Positions 23,128 through 37,371 of a stretch of 64,000 nucleotides of DNA are shown here, one piece after another (positions within the stretch are counted from its first letter, which is position 1; the number at the start of each line of letters is the position of its first letter). This stretch comes from Iphione sp. A-MEVVRFRX5. Taxonomy: Eukaryota. The DNA lies in contig OZ320319.1 in NCBI GenBank assembly GCA_976226885.1, positions 26,350,001 through 26,414,000 of the forward strand, written 5' to 3'. A program made the position numbers and the translations under genes. The notes beneath the pieces are model-generated. The model was not told the origin of the DNA. It worked only from the letters and a program-made list of their open reading frames with translations, and made no database searches.

Positions 23128-25044
23128 TCCCCCAACAGCACCCGCCGCCGCTCAGGGATGATTCTTTTCATTACATGTCACCCTTCGATTTCTTCCTCGG
23201 GAATTCGCCATGGGTCAAAGTAACTCTGGTGATTCGTAAATGAATTTTCTCGAATCTTTGATGGTTCTCTATGTACAGCTATCCTTTAATGCCTGGTGGG
23301 TTCCCTTCTTTCACTTGCCGAAAGTGTGTTGGGATTCTTCATTTGAAGTGAGTGACTATTCCGTGATACTCCCGCCCTCTCCTCCACTAATGCACCCGTA
23401 GGATTGTGGGTAACTAGCTTGGAATATTTGATGGTCTTGGTCGAGAGATAATGCCTTCCAAGGTGTCCCAGCGGATGTGTTTGTTAATTAACCCTGGCGT
23501 CTGCATTTGCCGTCATAAAGAGAAATGTCAGCATGCTGCGGTGCGACAAATACATTAGAGATGGCAACGCCCATCGCTTTGATTGCGAGCGGTGCTGTAA
23601 TCCAAACTTGGTTATTAAGCTGGGTACGTTCTCTAACCTGACAATACAACTTTCTTTCCCGTCTGGAAATATCACGTCAGCGATGCTTCTTTTAACCAAG
23701 AAGTCAGTGAATCGTGCTTGACAGTGAATACTCCAATGCAATGAAAAGGCAGCTGTGAATAGCAGCACAACCAGGGGGAAATTATGACCTTATTAAATAA
23801 CACGATTCCATTGTCTGTCGATTATTGTGCGGAACAATAGAGGCTGGTCGATTATTGATTAAGGCAGGGAAAGTCTAATGCGCCTTAATAATAAACACAT
23901 TGATTCATGGTGGGAGGAACCTCTTCCAAGTTCCCTCGCCTGGTCCTATGCCATCCATCACCCCTCGGAAGGCCAGGAAGCTGAGGAGATCTATGGACAA
24001 AAGACTCTTGCAGGATTTATTGCCGCGCTAATCCCTCCTCCTCCCCCCTAACTCTCAGTCGCCTAGCTACATCCTAGCGCTGAAGCAATTAGGGCTTAAA
24101 TTAACTTTGAATTCTTGTGATCATCAGCCATAAAAAATAAGAGCTATGATAGGAATTGCATTGCCCTACGGGATGCGAAACCGAGATGCAGGACGGGCGT
24201 TTGTATACAGGCGAAGAAGACTGGCTTATCAAAATGTATCAGCAGGAGTCAATCTTAGATAATCTTCTATGAATAATCTGCGGTTGATTTTGTTTCTTTA
24301 GGTTTACTACAAAATGCAACTGTGATATTCCATATACCGTTTGGTCATGAATATGCTGATAAACAGATGATTAAATTTAAGCTCTCTATCCAAATATGTC
24401 AGCAGTCTCTGGCAGACAAGTACACTCTTCTCAGGGAAGCTATTTTTTTTTTCAAACAGCGGCAGCAAAGCCAATGTATCACAAAGCTTATAAAACAGGC
24501 GCGTGTAATAGCGCTTCGACAGAGAGATAAAAGACGACGCCAATATGCCGTGACAGGCGGCTGTTGGTGATCAAATGAACTCAAAATCCAATTGGTGTGA
24601 CCCGATTCCTGTAGGAAAATAGTGAGCACACACCATAAAGATCCGTGATGGAGATGTTTAGCCACTGTATTGATGCTATTTGAGTGGCCAGTGATATGAA
24701 GCCATGTGGAGTGTCTTCAATGTATACGAAGAATTAAGATGAAGGAGGGTTGCAAGAAAGTCCTCTGTTCCAGGGAGACAAACGTCTTACATGAGAAAAA
24801 CTGGTAAAGGCTTCATGCATTAAAGGTGAAACCTCTGACAATGCCATAGAAATTCCATGGAAAGCATATTCATAAGGATAATATATGGTTCAAACGAAGC
24901 ATTTCACTGTAAATGAATAGGGGATAATTTGTAAGAATTAAAAAGAATAAATTTGCAAATGTTCTCCATGCAAGTGAACACGGAGATATCCCCCATGGCC
25001 CCCGCTTTAATCATTCTAAAAAGACAACAGTATTAATTGATCTA

Positions 25045-25220
25045 CAGTGGAGTCTCTATTTACGACCACCACTTGGGACCAAGCTAAAATGGTCTTATTG
25101 TGAATTTGGTCGTAAATGGAGTATCAAATGTATAGAAATCAATATTTTGGTACCCCTCTCAGCTGGTCTGAAATTGAGAATGGTAATAAAGTGATGTGGT
25201 CGTAAATAGAGACTCTACTG
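25045..25220. mobile_element. Tc1/mariner (pogo/Tigger-like) MITE, 176 bp, TA target-site duplication
   Basis: TA|CAGTGGAGTCTCTATTTACGACCAC ... GTGGTCGTAAATAGAGACTCTACTG|TA: 25-bp TIR with one mismatch, TA at 25043-44 and 25221-22. Confidence 0.9.
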
Positions 25221-27356
25221 TATTTCCTTTTTAGTCATGTGATATCGAAGAGATCAAGATATTTTGGTGCAGAATATATTGCTGACAAGCAGAAAAATTA
25301 GAGAATGCTTGAAGTGGGTAAGTGCCAATTATGCTTTTAGATATGTGAAGATATAGAGAATGGAGAAAGAGACTGATGCAGAGCGATGACGAGAGAATGA
25401 GAGAAAGTGCAACAAAAGGTAAGACTGTTGGCTGGCAGAGTTAGAAGGAGAGAATGATACAGAGGTAAAGAGGGACGGAGCAACAGGGCTGCTTAAACGG
25501 TATAGAGCAAAATACGAATGGGTACATCTACCTGCAAGTAATACATCATGTGAGGACGTAATTGCAATTAGTGTGAGTTACACCAGGTAAGAGTTGTTTA
25601 GAATCGATATTGTCAGAATATTACTTAAAACTGTATTTATGTGTTTACTAAATCCATGTGTCATTCGAAATATCCAGGACTATTAACTGATAGGGTAGAG
25701 TTTTAAATCACCTTTAGATTTCGACGTATACATAGCAATTCATATACGTTATCTGCAGAAGTTTTGCAATTTGTCTAGTATCGTCCTTTATATTAGTATT
25801 TTTAATAACATATAGTTCAGTTAGGCCGTCTGTCATACTTGAGCCTACGTATAACCAGATATTGTAGTACGTTTGCTATTGGAATGACCATGAAGCCATG
25901 TTTTAGATAGTGACGCTACTGAAAATACTGTTGTATGTCAGGAGTAATTGAAAAATATCAGTTCCCTAAGTTTATGTGAAGAATTTACAATCCTTGAATA
26001 ACAAAAATGTAGTTGTGGAATGAGTTTGAGACGCTGGTGGTCCTGGCCACTAATTCAGACTTGCCAGCATTGGGATTTTCAATCTCAACCAGTGTAGTTC
26101 AAAACCTATCGGAGGTCATACGTTTTGCTCCATCCATTATACAAAAAAAAATGCCACATACTTGACCTTAAGTAAGATTAGTAACTACCATGGCTGATCT
26201 GGTATCATATCTTCCTTTACAGAATTCAGCAAGTGAGCCCAAGAACACAGGGGAGCCAGCCAAGGAAGCCTTCGGTATGAACATTCCTGATCTGATGCAA
26301 AATTCATCCATGAGTAAACATAATCTGATAAAGCCTTGATGCACTAACAAAACTTTAGAATATGCAAGTTTTATCTTTCTCTTTAGTTTTTTACTCTGAT
26401 ACAAAAACCTCGTCTTCACTTTGATAAGCTACCAGTGAAAGACAAGCGTCTATAGTGTAGCCTTAAAAGTCAAGTATAGTATCACCCCTTAAATGTCTCC
26501 GTAGAGTATAAAGTCTCAGATAGCATGGATTTTTACTTTGTGTGACAAGTTACAATGTACATTCTCTTCACATAATACATCATAACTGTATTTAGAACCT
26601 AGGTGAACTGCTCTCTGCGTTAACCAGCTCGGGAGTCAGGCCCATTTGTGTTAATCTTGACGGGGCCCAATGTAATTGATAATGTTTCCACACTCATACA
26701 TTCGGAACCAGTGGACCGATCTGACTAAAACACAGAGGTCAAACTTAACGTTGATTCTATAACTAACACCATTGCTTGTTTACGATTTTATTTGTTACCT
26801 GTTCAAATTAGCGTGCTGTTTGTTGGTGGGTTCCTGATTGGACAGTTTGCAGATGACATACATGTATCTGATCGGTGAACAGGATATCGGATTGGTACCA
26901 GGAAATTCATTTATGCAATAAATGTATATAGATGGTCCTATCTACACTCACTGAGTTGTTACCATTTGTTCTTTGGACATTCTCTGACTTCAAACAGTAT
27001 CTTCATTCTTCTTGGAGCTTTGGTGTATATATTAAGTGACCGATTAAGAAGCCTCATAGCAAGAGCTGCTGGTTGCCCACCAAAAGAAGGAGAAACTATA
27101 TATGTATTACGGAGACCATCCTAAGGTCCAGCACTCCGGACTGGGGAACTGAAAAGGGATTAAAAAATGTATAGACACAATGTTGAAGGTTTAAAAAAAT
27201 CTTAACCAGAAGCGTATATATTAAATATAAATAATTAGAATATCAAAAACCACATTTCCAGAAAACAATCACAAAATAGTCACATACAGAGGCAAGACTC
27301 GAAGTGACTAAATTTAGTTATTATAATTTGTAGCAGATCTCATCCTATGAATGACT

Positions 27357-27548
27357 AAAGTGGTATTTCCATGCATGTGGGTTAGGTGCAGATCCTCATG
27401 TGGATCCAGAGCAACCATATCCTTTTCCATTCTATCTGGATCAACATGCATGTCTGCACAAAATGTTTGTATGGAAACATTTCTATTAAAATACATGTGA
27501 TCGGACAAACCATGTCTGGAAGACCTCTGTGCATGGAAATACCACTTT
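27357..27548. mobile_element. MITE-like element with perfect 19-bp terminal inverted repeats
   Basis: AAAGTGGTATTTCCATGCA (27357-27375) pairs with TGCATGGAAATACCACTTT (27530-27548). An extra internal inverted pair GATCCAGA/TCTGGATC is present. TSD not resolved. Confidence 0.7.
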
Positions 27549-28274
27549 CGCCAGTGACAGCCACTTTTGAAATATTTCTTATGCATGTTCTCTGCGAAGT
27601 CCTCTTGAGCTCCACCGCCTTATGCCGCAGGCTATCAGGGGTATTGGAGTGAATTGCTGAAATTACTTTCTTACAGTAAAGATATAATTGGTCCTAAATT
27701 GAAGTGAGAACACAAAGTCATTGGAAGAATAATTTATTTAATTTATTCTAGCAGAAAATTATCAGTTAGACAGTCATTTAAGTACAACTTCACAAGATAA
27801 CCATGTATGAACCCCCGCTATTGTGCTAACTTCTTGTTGTCCAAATAGAGTTCATGTAGCCAAAGCTTTGGATTAGAAATAATGACTAGCTATAATACAT
27901 AGAATATATAGGTAACGGTGTACCGAAATGGATAGATTCAAGAGACCTGACACGTAGAGCTTTTCTCGTTTCAATACTTCGATGGTAGGCCATACCCAGT
28001 AAACAGAATGACAGTGAAACACGACTGCCCCTCAATCAAAACCGAAAGACCATTAGCAGTGAGGGAGCAGATCACAGAGATAAAGACGACCGCCCCTTGA
28101 TGTAAGCGACTGCACGATTGGCCAGCTACAAGGCGGGGATGGGGTTGGGGGGTGGGAGGGGACCTGGTGGCGCCGATATCCACCCTAGCGGCCATGCAGA
28201 AGACGTGTGACAGGGTCTCGAGTGGACGCATCCAAGCGTGCTGCGCCCCATGTATCCCAGGCTTGCTACTTACC

Positions 28275-28284
28275 GTCACGTGAC
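28275..28284. promoter_or_regulatory. Perfect GTCACGTGAC palindrome (USF/MiT-TFE-type E-box) in a GC-rich patch
   Basis: 10-bp palindrome; motif match only. Confidence 0.25.
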
Positions 28285-31200
28285 TCGAGCAGCTCAGCCC
28301 AACGTGACTTATAGCCGAGGTTCTCTTGAGCATGAAGCTTAATATTTCTCTAGTGCAGCACTTACTCAGAGGGCTAAAAATAAATGGGATTGCGCTTAGA
28401 TCGGCCGCCACCCACTGAACGCCCACTCTCCAACTCGCCCGAGCATTCAGAGACCTTGTGCCAACCTTGGCTTAAGTAGGGTAAAGATTAAGGGATTGAG
28501 AAAGGGATTTTAAGGCTGCTATCTTGGATCTTGCCTTGACAGTATGTCTAATGCATTGATGCTTTCCATACGTTGTTATCTCGAGCCCTTCCGTGCACAT
28601 TTTCCCATGTATTCTTCCTGTATCGCTAAGGCATTAATTTCCATAAAGAGTTTAGTCTATATTTACAGTGAAGTGCAAGTGGTCGTGACACCCAACAAAC
28701 CAATAAAGAAAAGTATGTTTTCAATGTCATATTAAGTTTCAACCTTTCCTTTACTCTATTACATCCCATGTGCTAATAAGGTAAAAAATATAAAAATGAA
28801 TAGCAGATTGCTATGGTGAATGTTCGCGCAGGGGTTAACGCAACCCAAGCTTTAGAGGTCCAAACATGACGCTGTGATCTCGAAAACCTGAAAGGTAGCC
28901 ACCCCACCTCTTGACACCAAGAAAGTACCAGTGAAGGCTCTAGCAATTTCATCAGAATCACTGAGAACAAGCCTTGGCAAGGAAAGATTTTCCAACCTTA
29001 AACGCTGACCGAATAAATGCTTTCTAATCACATTTTAAAAGTTGTTTAGGTATAACTAAAATGGGGATTGAAAGAAGATTCTAGGACAAAGGTAATTACA
29101 TGTAATTGAAGTACTCAACAATGGGGATGTCTATCAGGTTTCCTTGCCGATTTAATCCAATATAAAACAAAAAGTACAAATGTGCACTCACTGTGTCTGT
29201 TAATATGTGTGATAAAAAAAATAGACGCTGTCCAGAATGATGAGGATCATATATAGGCGAAGGAGAAACAATAGTTCTAAATGAACTGTGTGTTAAATGG
29301 TGTGTTTGAAGTACTTTCCCTTCAAGTTGTCTTCAAACATTTCCCGTTCTGCACTTAATAAGACCAGAGAGCAATGAATACGAGTACACACGTCTGCGGG
29401 ACGTTTTATGCTGAAAGGAAATGACACTCTTACTTCTTATCAAGGAGGCAGAGTGTAGGTTAATACAATAATGTTCGCCGGTCAGCGCCAGGCGCGGGAG
29501 ATCGATATTCTGAACACGGACCAATATTCATCATCACAAGGCGATGTCGGCCGCGCCACCATTTTATATTTATGGTCACATCCCGGCGCGATCTCCACGC
29601 GAGTCCCTTCAGGCAGTGGCTCTTGAAGTGTCACTCAAGTTCCCGGTGGGAGGTAGGAGGGGGAGGATGGGGCTGCCTGGAGCCCCGCCCCCACTTGGAC
29701 CCACCGAGACTGGTTATGGCAGTGAAGATGAAAACAGATCCCTACCCCCGTCACGCCCCTCTCTTCCTCATACATCACATGGAGGCGATCATCCTAGCTG
29801 CCCCCCCCCCCGCCCCCTTCATGCTCAAGGCTTCTCCATGGTCAGAGGTACTACATAGTTGGATCTCCTCGTTGGCAGAACCTATCGCTCTACGGATCGT
29901 CCATTGCCGCGTATTCCTGATTCCTGATTAAGTCTTCTAGCTTGAAATGCTTCCATCGTAAACAGCTCAATACCAGCTATCCCCCTCCCATTTCGCCATT
30001 TCCCGTTCTCTCCCATCTTTTTTCCATCCTCGATTGGTCCAATCTCTTCAATTTCCCTACCTATGACCATCCATGTCCCACGTCCCTTACTTCCCCCCCT
30101 TTTCTCCCTTTTATGCTATTTCCTCCCGTATTCCTTTTGTCTTGTATTCCTCTACGTTTCCCACCGTTTATCTGCCTAGCCACTTAGCTAAGGATAGCCG
30201 TTCGCTATGCATTTTTCTGCAAGGAGCAATCATGGGTTAATTGTTGGAGCAGTATGCATGGATGCTAATACAGGGAATCAACTCTCACGTAATCAGAATT
30301 CTTAAGCCATATTTCAAGGCTTGCAAACTAATGCCACATACAAAACACTTGATCCTCCTAGCTTGTTCTCTGCTTAAAGTTAGTTTGAAGATGTTTCACA
30401 CATCTGATAACCAGAGATAGGAATGTCACACTGACAGGAGAACCCTAGATTCGTATTGTTATTTTATTGAACACAATATAATCACATATACAGATGATAT
30501 TTGTTATACTGGTTTTTTCTGTAGCATAGTTTTGGTGAAAACAAGAGCAGTCATCGGAGTTTGATTTTGTGTGTTTTCTGTAGCCTTAAGCCAATAACCT
30601 CCCTTGCATGGATCTATTCCTCCGGTATATTATAAACTCATAACTCTAGAGACCAAAAAGGGAAACTTTCCCATCAAAAGCACTATCTTCGGGTAAGTTC
30701 CCCTAGTAAGGTTTACCTAGTTTAAGTGTGGCATAACTGGTTTACTAAACTTTGGATTTAATTAATTACAAGGTCAATAAAAGTCTATTTAATCAAATTC
30801 CACCTATCTGATCACCAACCACAACCCCCTGTCATCTCCGTCTTGTTCTATTGCCTCCTAATTCATCCCGGCCTATTGCTCCTTCTCCTTTTTGTGGAAG
30901 CTACAATTCCCCCTTGCATCAAGAGCCGCTGCCTCCTCCTCCTCTCGTCTCCTGGCAATTACGTCCTTACAGTATTAGCCATGGAGCTGAGAATGACACG
31001 GCCTCAGCACCGGTTTCCCTAATAGGACTACATAGCGCACGAGGTCTTTGCCTAAAATCTGGGTTACTTGGTCATGAAAATATAGCACATGTAGATATAA
31101 TAAATAATCATCTTCGATTATTCCGTAATGAAACCGTATCACTCGTGTGGTGCCTATTAGGGTGTTTTTTTTCTGTATGATATTCATGATGAAATTGTAT

Positions 31201-32124
31201 TTACATGGTGATTCTACTGGCAGTAGAAAGGTTGTCAAGTTGCTTTCGATGTGATATCATTAATTCACCTATGGCCGTCAGTTAGTTCTGACAAAGCACC
31301 AGGATGCACTCCGAAATCCCTTATACATTAACTACCGACTACCAATTCTCCAAGACGATGACAGAAGTCCTGCCACTGCCCTGCCATCCCATCCGTTGTT
31401 TGTACATGTACATGCATTTCCTCTCTTATACATCTAACCTCATTAGAATAGCACTGGGGCATCCCACCCCTTGCCTATCATTCTTATTCATTGTCGGCTG
31501 GTGATTAAAGGACTAGCGGCTTGGCGCTTGCTCTCTGCTCCAGCAATCTATAGTTGTCATCTATGTTGCCCAGCGTCTCATTATCTCCAAGTACCGGCCT
31601 CTGTTATACACGAGTGGCATCATGTCCTGTCCGCCTGTGTATGTATGGCAGTTACTCTAAACACAACAGAATATCATCTATTTTCTTTCAAGAACAATGC
31701 CTTTTTTCGGACGCAGTGTTATACCAGATATGAATGTACATCATTCTTGATGCCTACAAACAACATAGAAAATATCCTACGTCGACAAATTACTTTTCGG
31801 GAAACATGCCGTGTAGTAGAGAACGCAATCACTCCAGGAACAACACAGCCCCGGAACGATGAGTAGCCTATCACCGACTTTATCTCAACGATGTGCCCAC
31901 GACATGGGCCCCATAAGAACTCTTTTTTCCCTAAACAATAAACCTACAAGATCTTTAAAGCAACCATATACAGATGCCATCACAAGTGTATGTTAGTTAA
32001 AGTACCTATATGAAACATGGCTGGAAAATAGTCCCGGCCCAGTGTATTGCGGAAATATTGCCCCCTTCCTTCAGAGATACTAAATATGCGGGTCTAAAAT
32101 TAGTCCCATTGAGACCGGTAAAGT

Positions 32125-32372
32125 AGAATTTTGCCACAAACAATAGCTAACCCGGAGAGTGAGAGACATACAGAGAGACAGACTCCAAATGAAAGTGCAG
32201 AAGGCTTGTTTGTTTAAAACTCCAAGTTGCATGTTTGTCACTTAAAGCAGAATTTTGCCACAAACAATAGCTAACCCGGAGAGTGAGAGACATACAGAGA
32301 GACAGACTCCAAATGAAAGTGCAGAAGGCTTGTTTGTTTAAAACTCCAAGTTGTATGTTTGTTACTTAAAGC
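32125..32372 (+). repeat. Recent tandem duplication, two copies of a 124-bp unit
   Basis: 32125-32248 versus 32249-32372; two C/T differences seen. Confidence 0.95.
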
Positions 32373-34215
32373 ATTGTCACTCAAAGTATCTATCTTAAAA
32401 AAAATCAATGAAGACTAGCGACATAGAAATTCAACGATCATCATTATAAAATGTAATCCTTACATACAAAATCCACTGTTGTATCCAACTTCCTCGTAAT
32501 GTTCTTCATTGATAGGTCGCCATTATAACATGACATGTTTCCCACTACGGTTTAGTTGGGCGCTTCTACAGGCAATAAACATTCCTAAAAGAAATTTGCG
32601 AATATGTAGGGATCGAAAAATAACAACAGTAATTCATATTCAAATCGGTTCTTATTCTTAAGGGACACGCTCGTTTTTCTTTGCCTTTGATTTGATTTGA
32701 GCATTTCTCTCCATTCAGACGGAACCCGCCGCGTCCTACCATCTCCCCACGCGCTACTAGAGAATAGGGTTTGGCTGTGGCACCATGACCAGCCTCGGCC
32801 GATTGTGGCACCATGATCATAACTGGATTCTTGTTGATACATTGTCACATGAGTAATAGGTACTAGTAGTGGTGCCACGACTGGTCATATATGCTTGCTA
32901 CAACATTATGACATGAGTAGTGAGACTGTGATTGGTTTGAATCATTCCACTTACCTATCTAAGTTAATGGACTGATCGCCTTTTGTGTCATTATAATGCA
33001 AACTAGTCTGTTATATTTTTTCAGTGAGTCAGCGGCAAAACTTTCCATGGCTAAAACTTCCTTGTAAATTATGCTAGAAAGACAAGCTCGGTGTATTCCT
33101 TCGAACCTTATCTTTCATACGAACATTGTTGCATCAAGGTTGGACAAATAGAAGTGGGTGATTTGGGGTCGGGAAGACACAGTGTAACTTGATTATAAGA
33201 CGTGATCACCCAGCAGGATGTAAACTCAGTTGTAGGCTGTGATAGCCTCTCTACCTGATGCAACGATCGTTGTAGGGTCATTCCTTGCTCAAGGATGTAT
33301 TTTGGTGATCGGTCCATTGATGGTAATATTTTCATTCAGTGCCATATTTTCATTGGTTATATAACATTCTGATCACATGACCATCTATACCCAGTATCAA
33401 CATAGGCCATGTGTGACCAATAAATCAATCTTCACTTGGAACTTGTGTTGAAGGTGCCTTTATTCAAATCATGGCTGGAAGTACTCTACGGAGCAAGCGA
33501 CTGTTCCCAATTCTCGCACGCGATATCTTTGACCTATGCAGCTGACCTTATTCCCAGCTTCATCTGTGGACTCCTAACTGGTCATGGTGCCCCATCAGTC
33601 TCCCCTCCTTGATTCACCAAGTTCTAACCAGAGCACAAATCCGGGCACATCCTCCAATACTAAGTAGCAATCCAATTAATGTTACCGTATTGGTTCATTT
33701 GCATCATTTACCAAGCATTGTTTCCCCGACTGGGACTTTTTTCGTTTCCTCAGCTGTTTGCGAAGCATCTTTAGTTGCGGTTTCTTTTCATCTCTCAATC
33801 TCTCTGTCTCTCACCTGTCTCTCTTTCTTTCTTTCTCTCTCTGTCTCTTCTCTTTACTCTCTGTCTCCTCTCTTCTCCTTTCGACCGGCCTTAATAAATC
33901 TGACTTCATTGTTTCTAAAAATCCTATCCTACGTTTGTGCCCGCTGACTTACTGATATGAATAGTCTATATGCTCACTTATTGGTCTGAATTCCTCCTTG
34001 TATGCCCCTGTTAAAAAAAATACGTATAAGTCTCACCCGGCTCGCCTTTATGTATATGTATGTCTGTGAAATGCAGAATCACAAGAAAAAGTAATAAACA
34101 CAAACATGCTTTTTTTCAATGCCAAGCCTTGCTGCGTAAATATTTACAGTGTTGTAGGGTGGCTGAAATCCGATTTCCCTCCCACTCAATGTTTTTAGCC
34201 AACTCTTCCTTATGA

Positions 34216-34218
<3 letters not shown>

Positions 34219-34284
<66 letters not shown>
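34219..34284. repeat. (CT)33 microsatellite
   Basis: Perfect dinucleotide run. It explains the ER-repeat and LS-repeat ORFs around 34079-34484. Confidence 0.98.
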
Positions 34285-34286
<2 letters not shown>

Positions 34287-35605
34287 GCTCGTTGCATGGT
34301 TCGTCCTGATTTGCTGCATCTGTGTAGTCAACCTGTCCAACCTGCCCTGCCCATCTCCCACATCCGACGCCATCTTGAACAGCCCTCCTTATCATTCACC
34401 TATAACGATGCGGCCGCCACAACCGCCCCTCTCGTTCGCTGTTTGTCCTCTGTCAATCCTCCTTCCTTCCGTAAACCCTTTTAGCTCCCTGCAGGTTCAT
34501 CCCAACCCACACATCTCCATCTCTATTCCCAGGTCACTACTGGCCTAGCCACAGACCCACTCCCCCCCATGGACCTTCCCGCCCACCGCCCAGACCTGCC
34601 AACTGATCTGCCTACCTACTGTCCTAACAGCACGGCAGGGGTGATTAATATTTATCAATAAAAGTGCTATTGGTCGCCACTTGATTTAATTTCCGTCCGA
34701 TCACTCCGCTACTAATTCAGTTTGACGCGCCTGGCTCCGGCCAGATAGTGCCGATCTGATTTACGCGTGAATCGCTTCTTTTTCCGTCCCTTAACCCTTT
34801 CCATGGCGTCGCTGTCACTTAGGGAGAACATCCAGTGTCTAATTTAATTGTAAATTCCGGTTGTATATTCAACCTCAAACAGATTAAATAATTTATATAT
34901 CCAGGAAGGAGAGTATCTTTATCCAAGTCTCGCAATGGTTTATTACCTCCCCCCCCCGAGGTTCGAGGTATATTCGCTCTCATTTATTCGAATTATCATG
35001 AAATCGATAGTAATTTCCACCGGTGGGAATAACGTTGTCTGCCAATGCATACTGAAAGATGTCAGGCGCATGCTCTTATGTGCGTTTGAAACCAGTTTCG
35101 AAGCAATATCAATTACAGAACGTAAAAAACACCGATATCTTGCAAAGAAAATATCGTCTGCCATTGATGCAACGGTGTCATCTTTGTGCGGGAAATCTAC
35201 TGAACCCGGGCACGGCAGTGACTAGGTGACATCGATTATTTGTGGGACGATGCGACGAGGTAAGGTGCAGATGGGGTACAAGGGTAGAGGTGAGATTGGC
35301 CGCTGTGCTTGGGGTAAAACGGAAAGGAGACTGCTTGGTCGGACAGCCCATTCAGATTTGGTAGACAGGTTGGTTGTAGAAAGAACTCAATCTTTCCTTT
35401 CAGAGGCAGTGAGGAAAGAGCAGAGCATTGAAGAAATGTAATCCAACCTGTCAGAAGAACAATTTATTATCACTGAACGTTTCATGCTTTTATCATGACC
35501 CATAAAGATGATTGCCAAACCACATACTTAACGTTACTTTTCGATATTACATTAAGATATCCATGGATTCAGCACTTACAGCTGCAGTGCAACCAGGATA
35601 TCATT

Positions 35606-36091
35606 GGCCTGGTTTCCTTACATGCGACGCTGTCCATGTGCAATTCTCTGTTTGTCTGCATTTTTATCAATCACACTGATTTCAATGGGATGGTTTCCTT
35701 ACATGCGGTAGTTGTCCGTGTGCATTGCTATGCATTGACGTGCATTGCCTATTTTTTAACCGGGACTGATAATTTGCCGCACATGGATGGCAACGAACAG
35801 CAACGCACAGGTATTTCTTCACATTTCTTCACCTTTGACTAAGATTACCACACATAAGATTTTCCACACTTTTTCTCTTCATTTTTGCTGTTTTTTGTGG
35901 CTTATAGCATCATTTCTGTCCTTTTTTTTCATTTTTCCTGTCATTTCACGCACAACAACCCATGCACATTGAAGGACACCCCTGTGCGTTAATGTGCGGT
36001 AAAAAAGTACAATGCAAACAGACACACTGCAAATGCACACAGACCTCTGCCACAGCTTGCCGCACACCAACACATGTAAGGAAATCAGGCC
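35606..36091. mobile_element. MITE-like element (486 bp) with 21-bp imperfect TIRs, possibly PIF/Harbinger-derived
   Basis: GGCCTGGTTTCCTTACATGCG (35606-35626) versus CACATGTAAGGAAATCAGGCC (36071-36091), two mismatches. An internal copy of TGGTTTCCTTACATGCG lies at ~35691. Superfamily inferred only from TIR style; TSD not resolved. Confidence 0.6.
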
Positions 36092-37371
36092 TTTCCCCTG
36101 TCCCCACGCATTACCTGCCCTTCATTACCTACCCCCTTCAACAGTGCAACACATGCCTGCGCTATTTAAACAAGGCTTTGTTTTTGTGTTTGACCAGGCT
36201 ATGCTCCTGGGCATTCGGTTCAAGTTTGGAAATGGATCGCAGCACAACTAATCCTCCCAGGTGGCATGGTTTTTAGATAATACTTTCAATTACACAGGGA
36301 TAGCCACCGATTTCTTTAGGAAATGGTTCTCCAAGTTTCTGCCTTCTAAATTTGAATTACGGGCGTTGTATGAAATAGAACCACTTTATCTCCCACGTAA
36401 TTCACCGATCACTTTTTTTGAGTGGCAATCGAGTGTAGCCAACAAGAGGCGCCCTGCCAAAAAGCATGTAAGTTGAATCATGGACAAAGCTGCTTAGTAC
36501 TAGAGTCTGTGGGAAGGTTAAATTCATGTCTTCATATTACAGATAGAATTATTTCTGTTCGTATGCATAAAGAGGATATATAAACAATGATTCACAGTCA
36601 GTTTTTATTTTTTAATTCAAATATTTTTAAGTTACAAGGGCTCAATGTTGAGTCTTTTAGCAGTGAAGAGGCCTATTTAGACAGCAGAATGTCCAAGCCA
36701 GAAGTATGTGTCTGTGACCTTTTGGGCAGTGGGCAGAGTTAAGACTCCAAAAGTGATCGGTAAATAGTATCAAAAGCTAGTAGCAGTAGTAGTAGTAGTA
36801 GTCTTAGTATCAATTTCTGTTGCTACGAATAATGGTACATAATGCCGTATTACAGCAATGTGGTTGCACAGAGGGTTTGTTGCAACAACATAGACATTAT
36901 GAGTTTTCCTTATTTTACTACAATGTTGCATAACATTATCCTAAAACCTCCCGGTACTTAACAACTTAAGAATCCTAACATGCGAAACGTCTAGAGATTT
37001 CTTTCCAAAAATTTTCAGTCAAAATGTTCACATAATCTCCCCTGGAATCTGTATTAGTAATCGATTTACCTTTTGCAGCGTATTTGTTCATGATTTCACT
37101 AAAATCCTCACACCCTAACTTCCTCTGATGCTGTTATTGTGAACGTGGCAAATAAACTACAAAACTTCCACAAGGGTGTGTACTAGCATCGCAAAATAAC
37201 AAGAATTTAATGTTTTAAGAATATATTATCTAGGGATTCCATGACAAATTATTTCACGGTGTGATAATGTTGTTTCTATAACATTACCGCAAAACTGCAT
37301 TATATTTTATATAACATTATATCTAAAATGACCAACATAATATTGGCATAACTTTAAAGAAACATTATGTG

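Noticed and set aside
26223-26274. Possible 52-nt plus-strand exon (NSASEPKNTGEPAKEAF) between CTTCCTTTACAG and GTATGA
   Set aside because: Splice-like signals of this quality occur often by chance; no partner exon or homology was recognised.
33200-33400. QQDVNSVVGC...CNDRCRVI, faintly like a LINE RT QQDL...W...FN..KC.V motif
   Set aside because: Too degenerate, and no clear downstream YLG motif.
33529-33547. TGACCT-N7-TGACCT nuclear-receptor direct repeat (also a DR1-like site near 39502)
   Set aside because: Non-canonical spacing or mismatch; such motifs are expected by chance in 64 kb.
35720-35745. GTGCATTGCTATGCATTG resembling miR-33
   Set aside because: Imperfect match inside a MITE-like element; no precursor hairpin.
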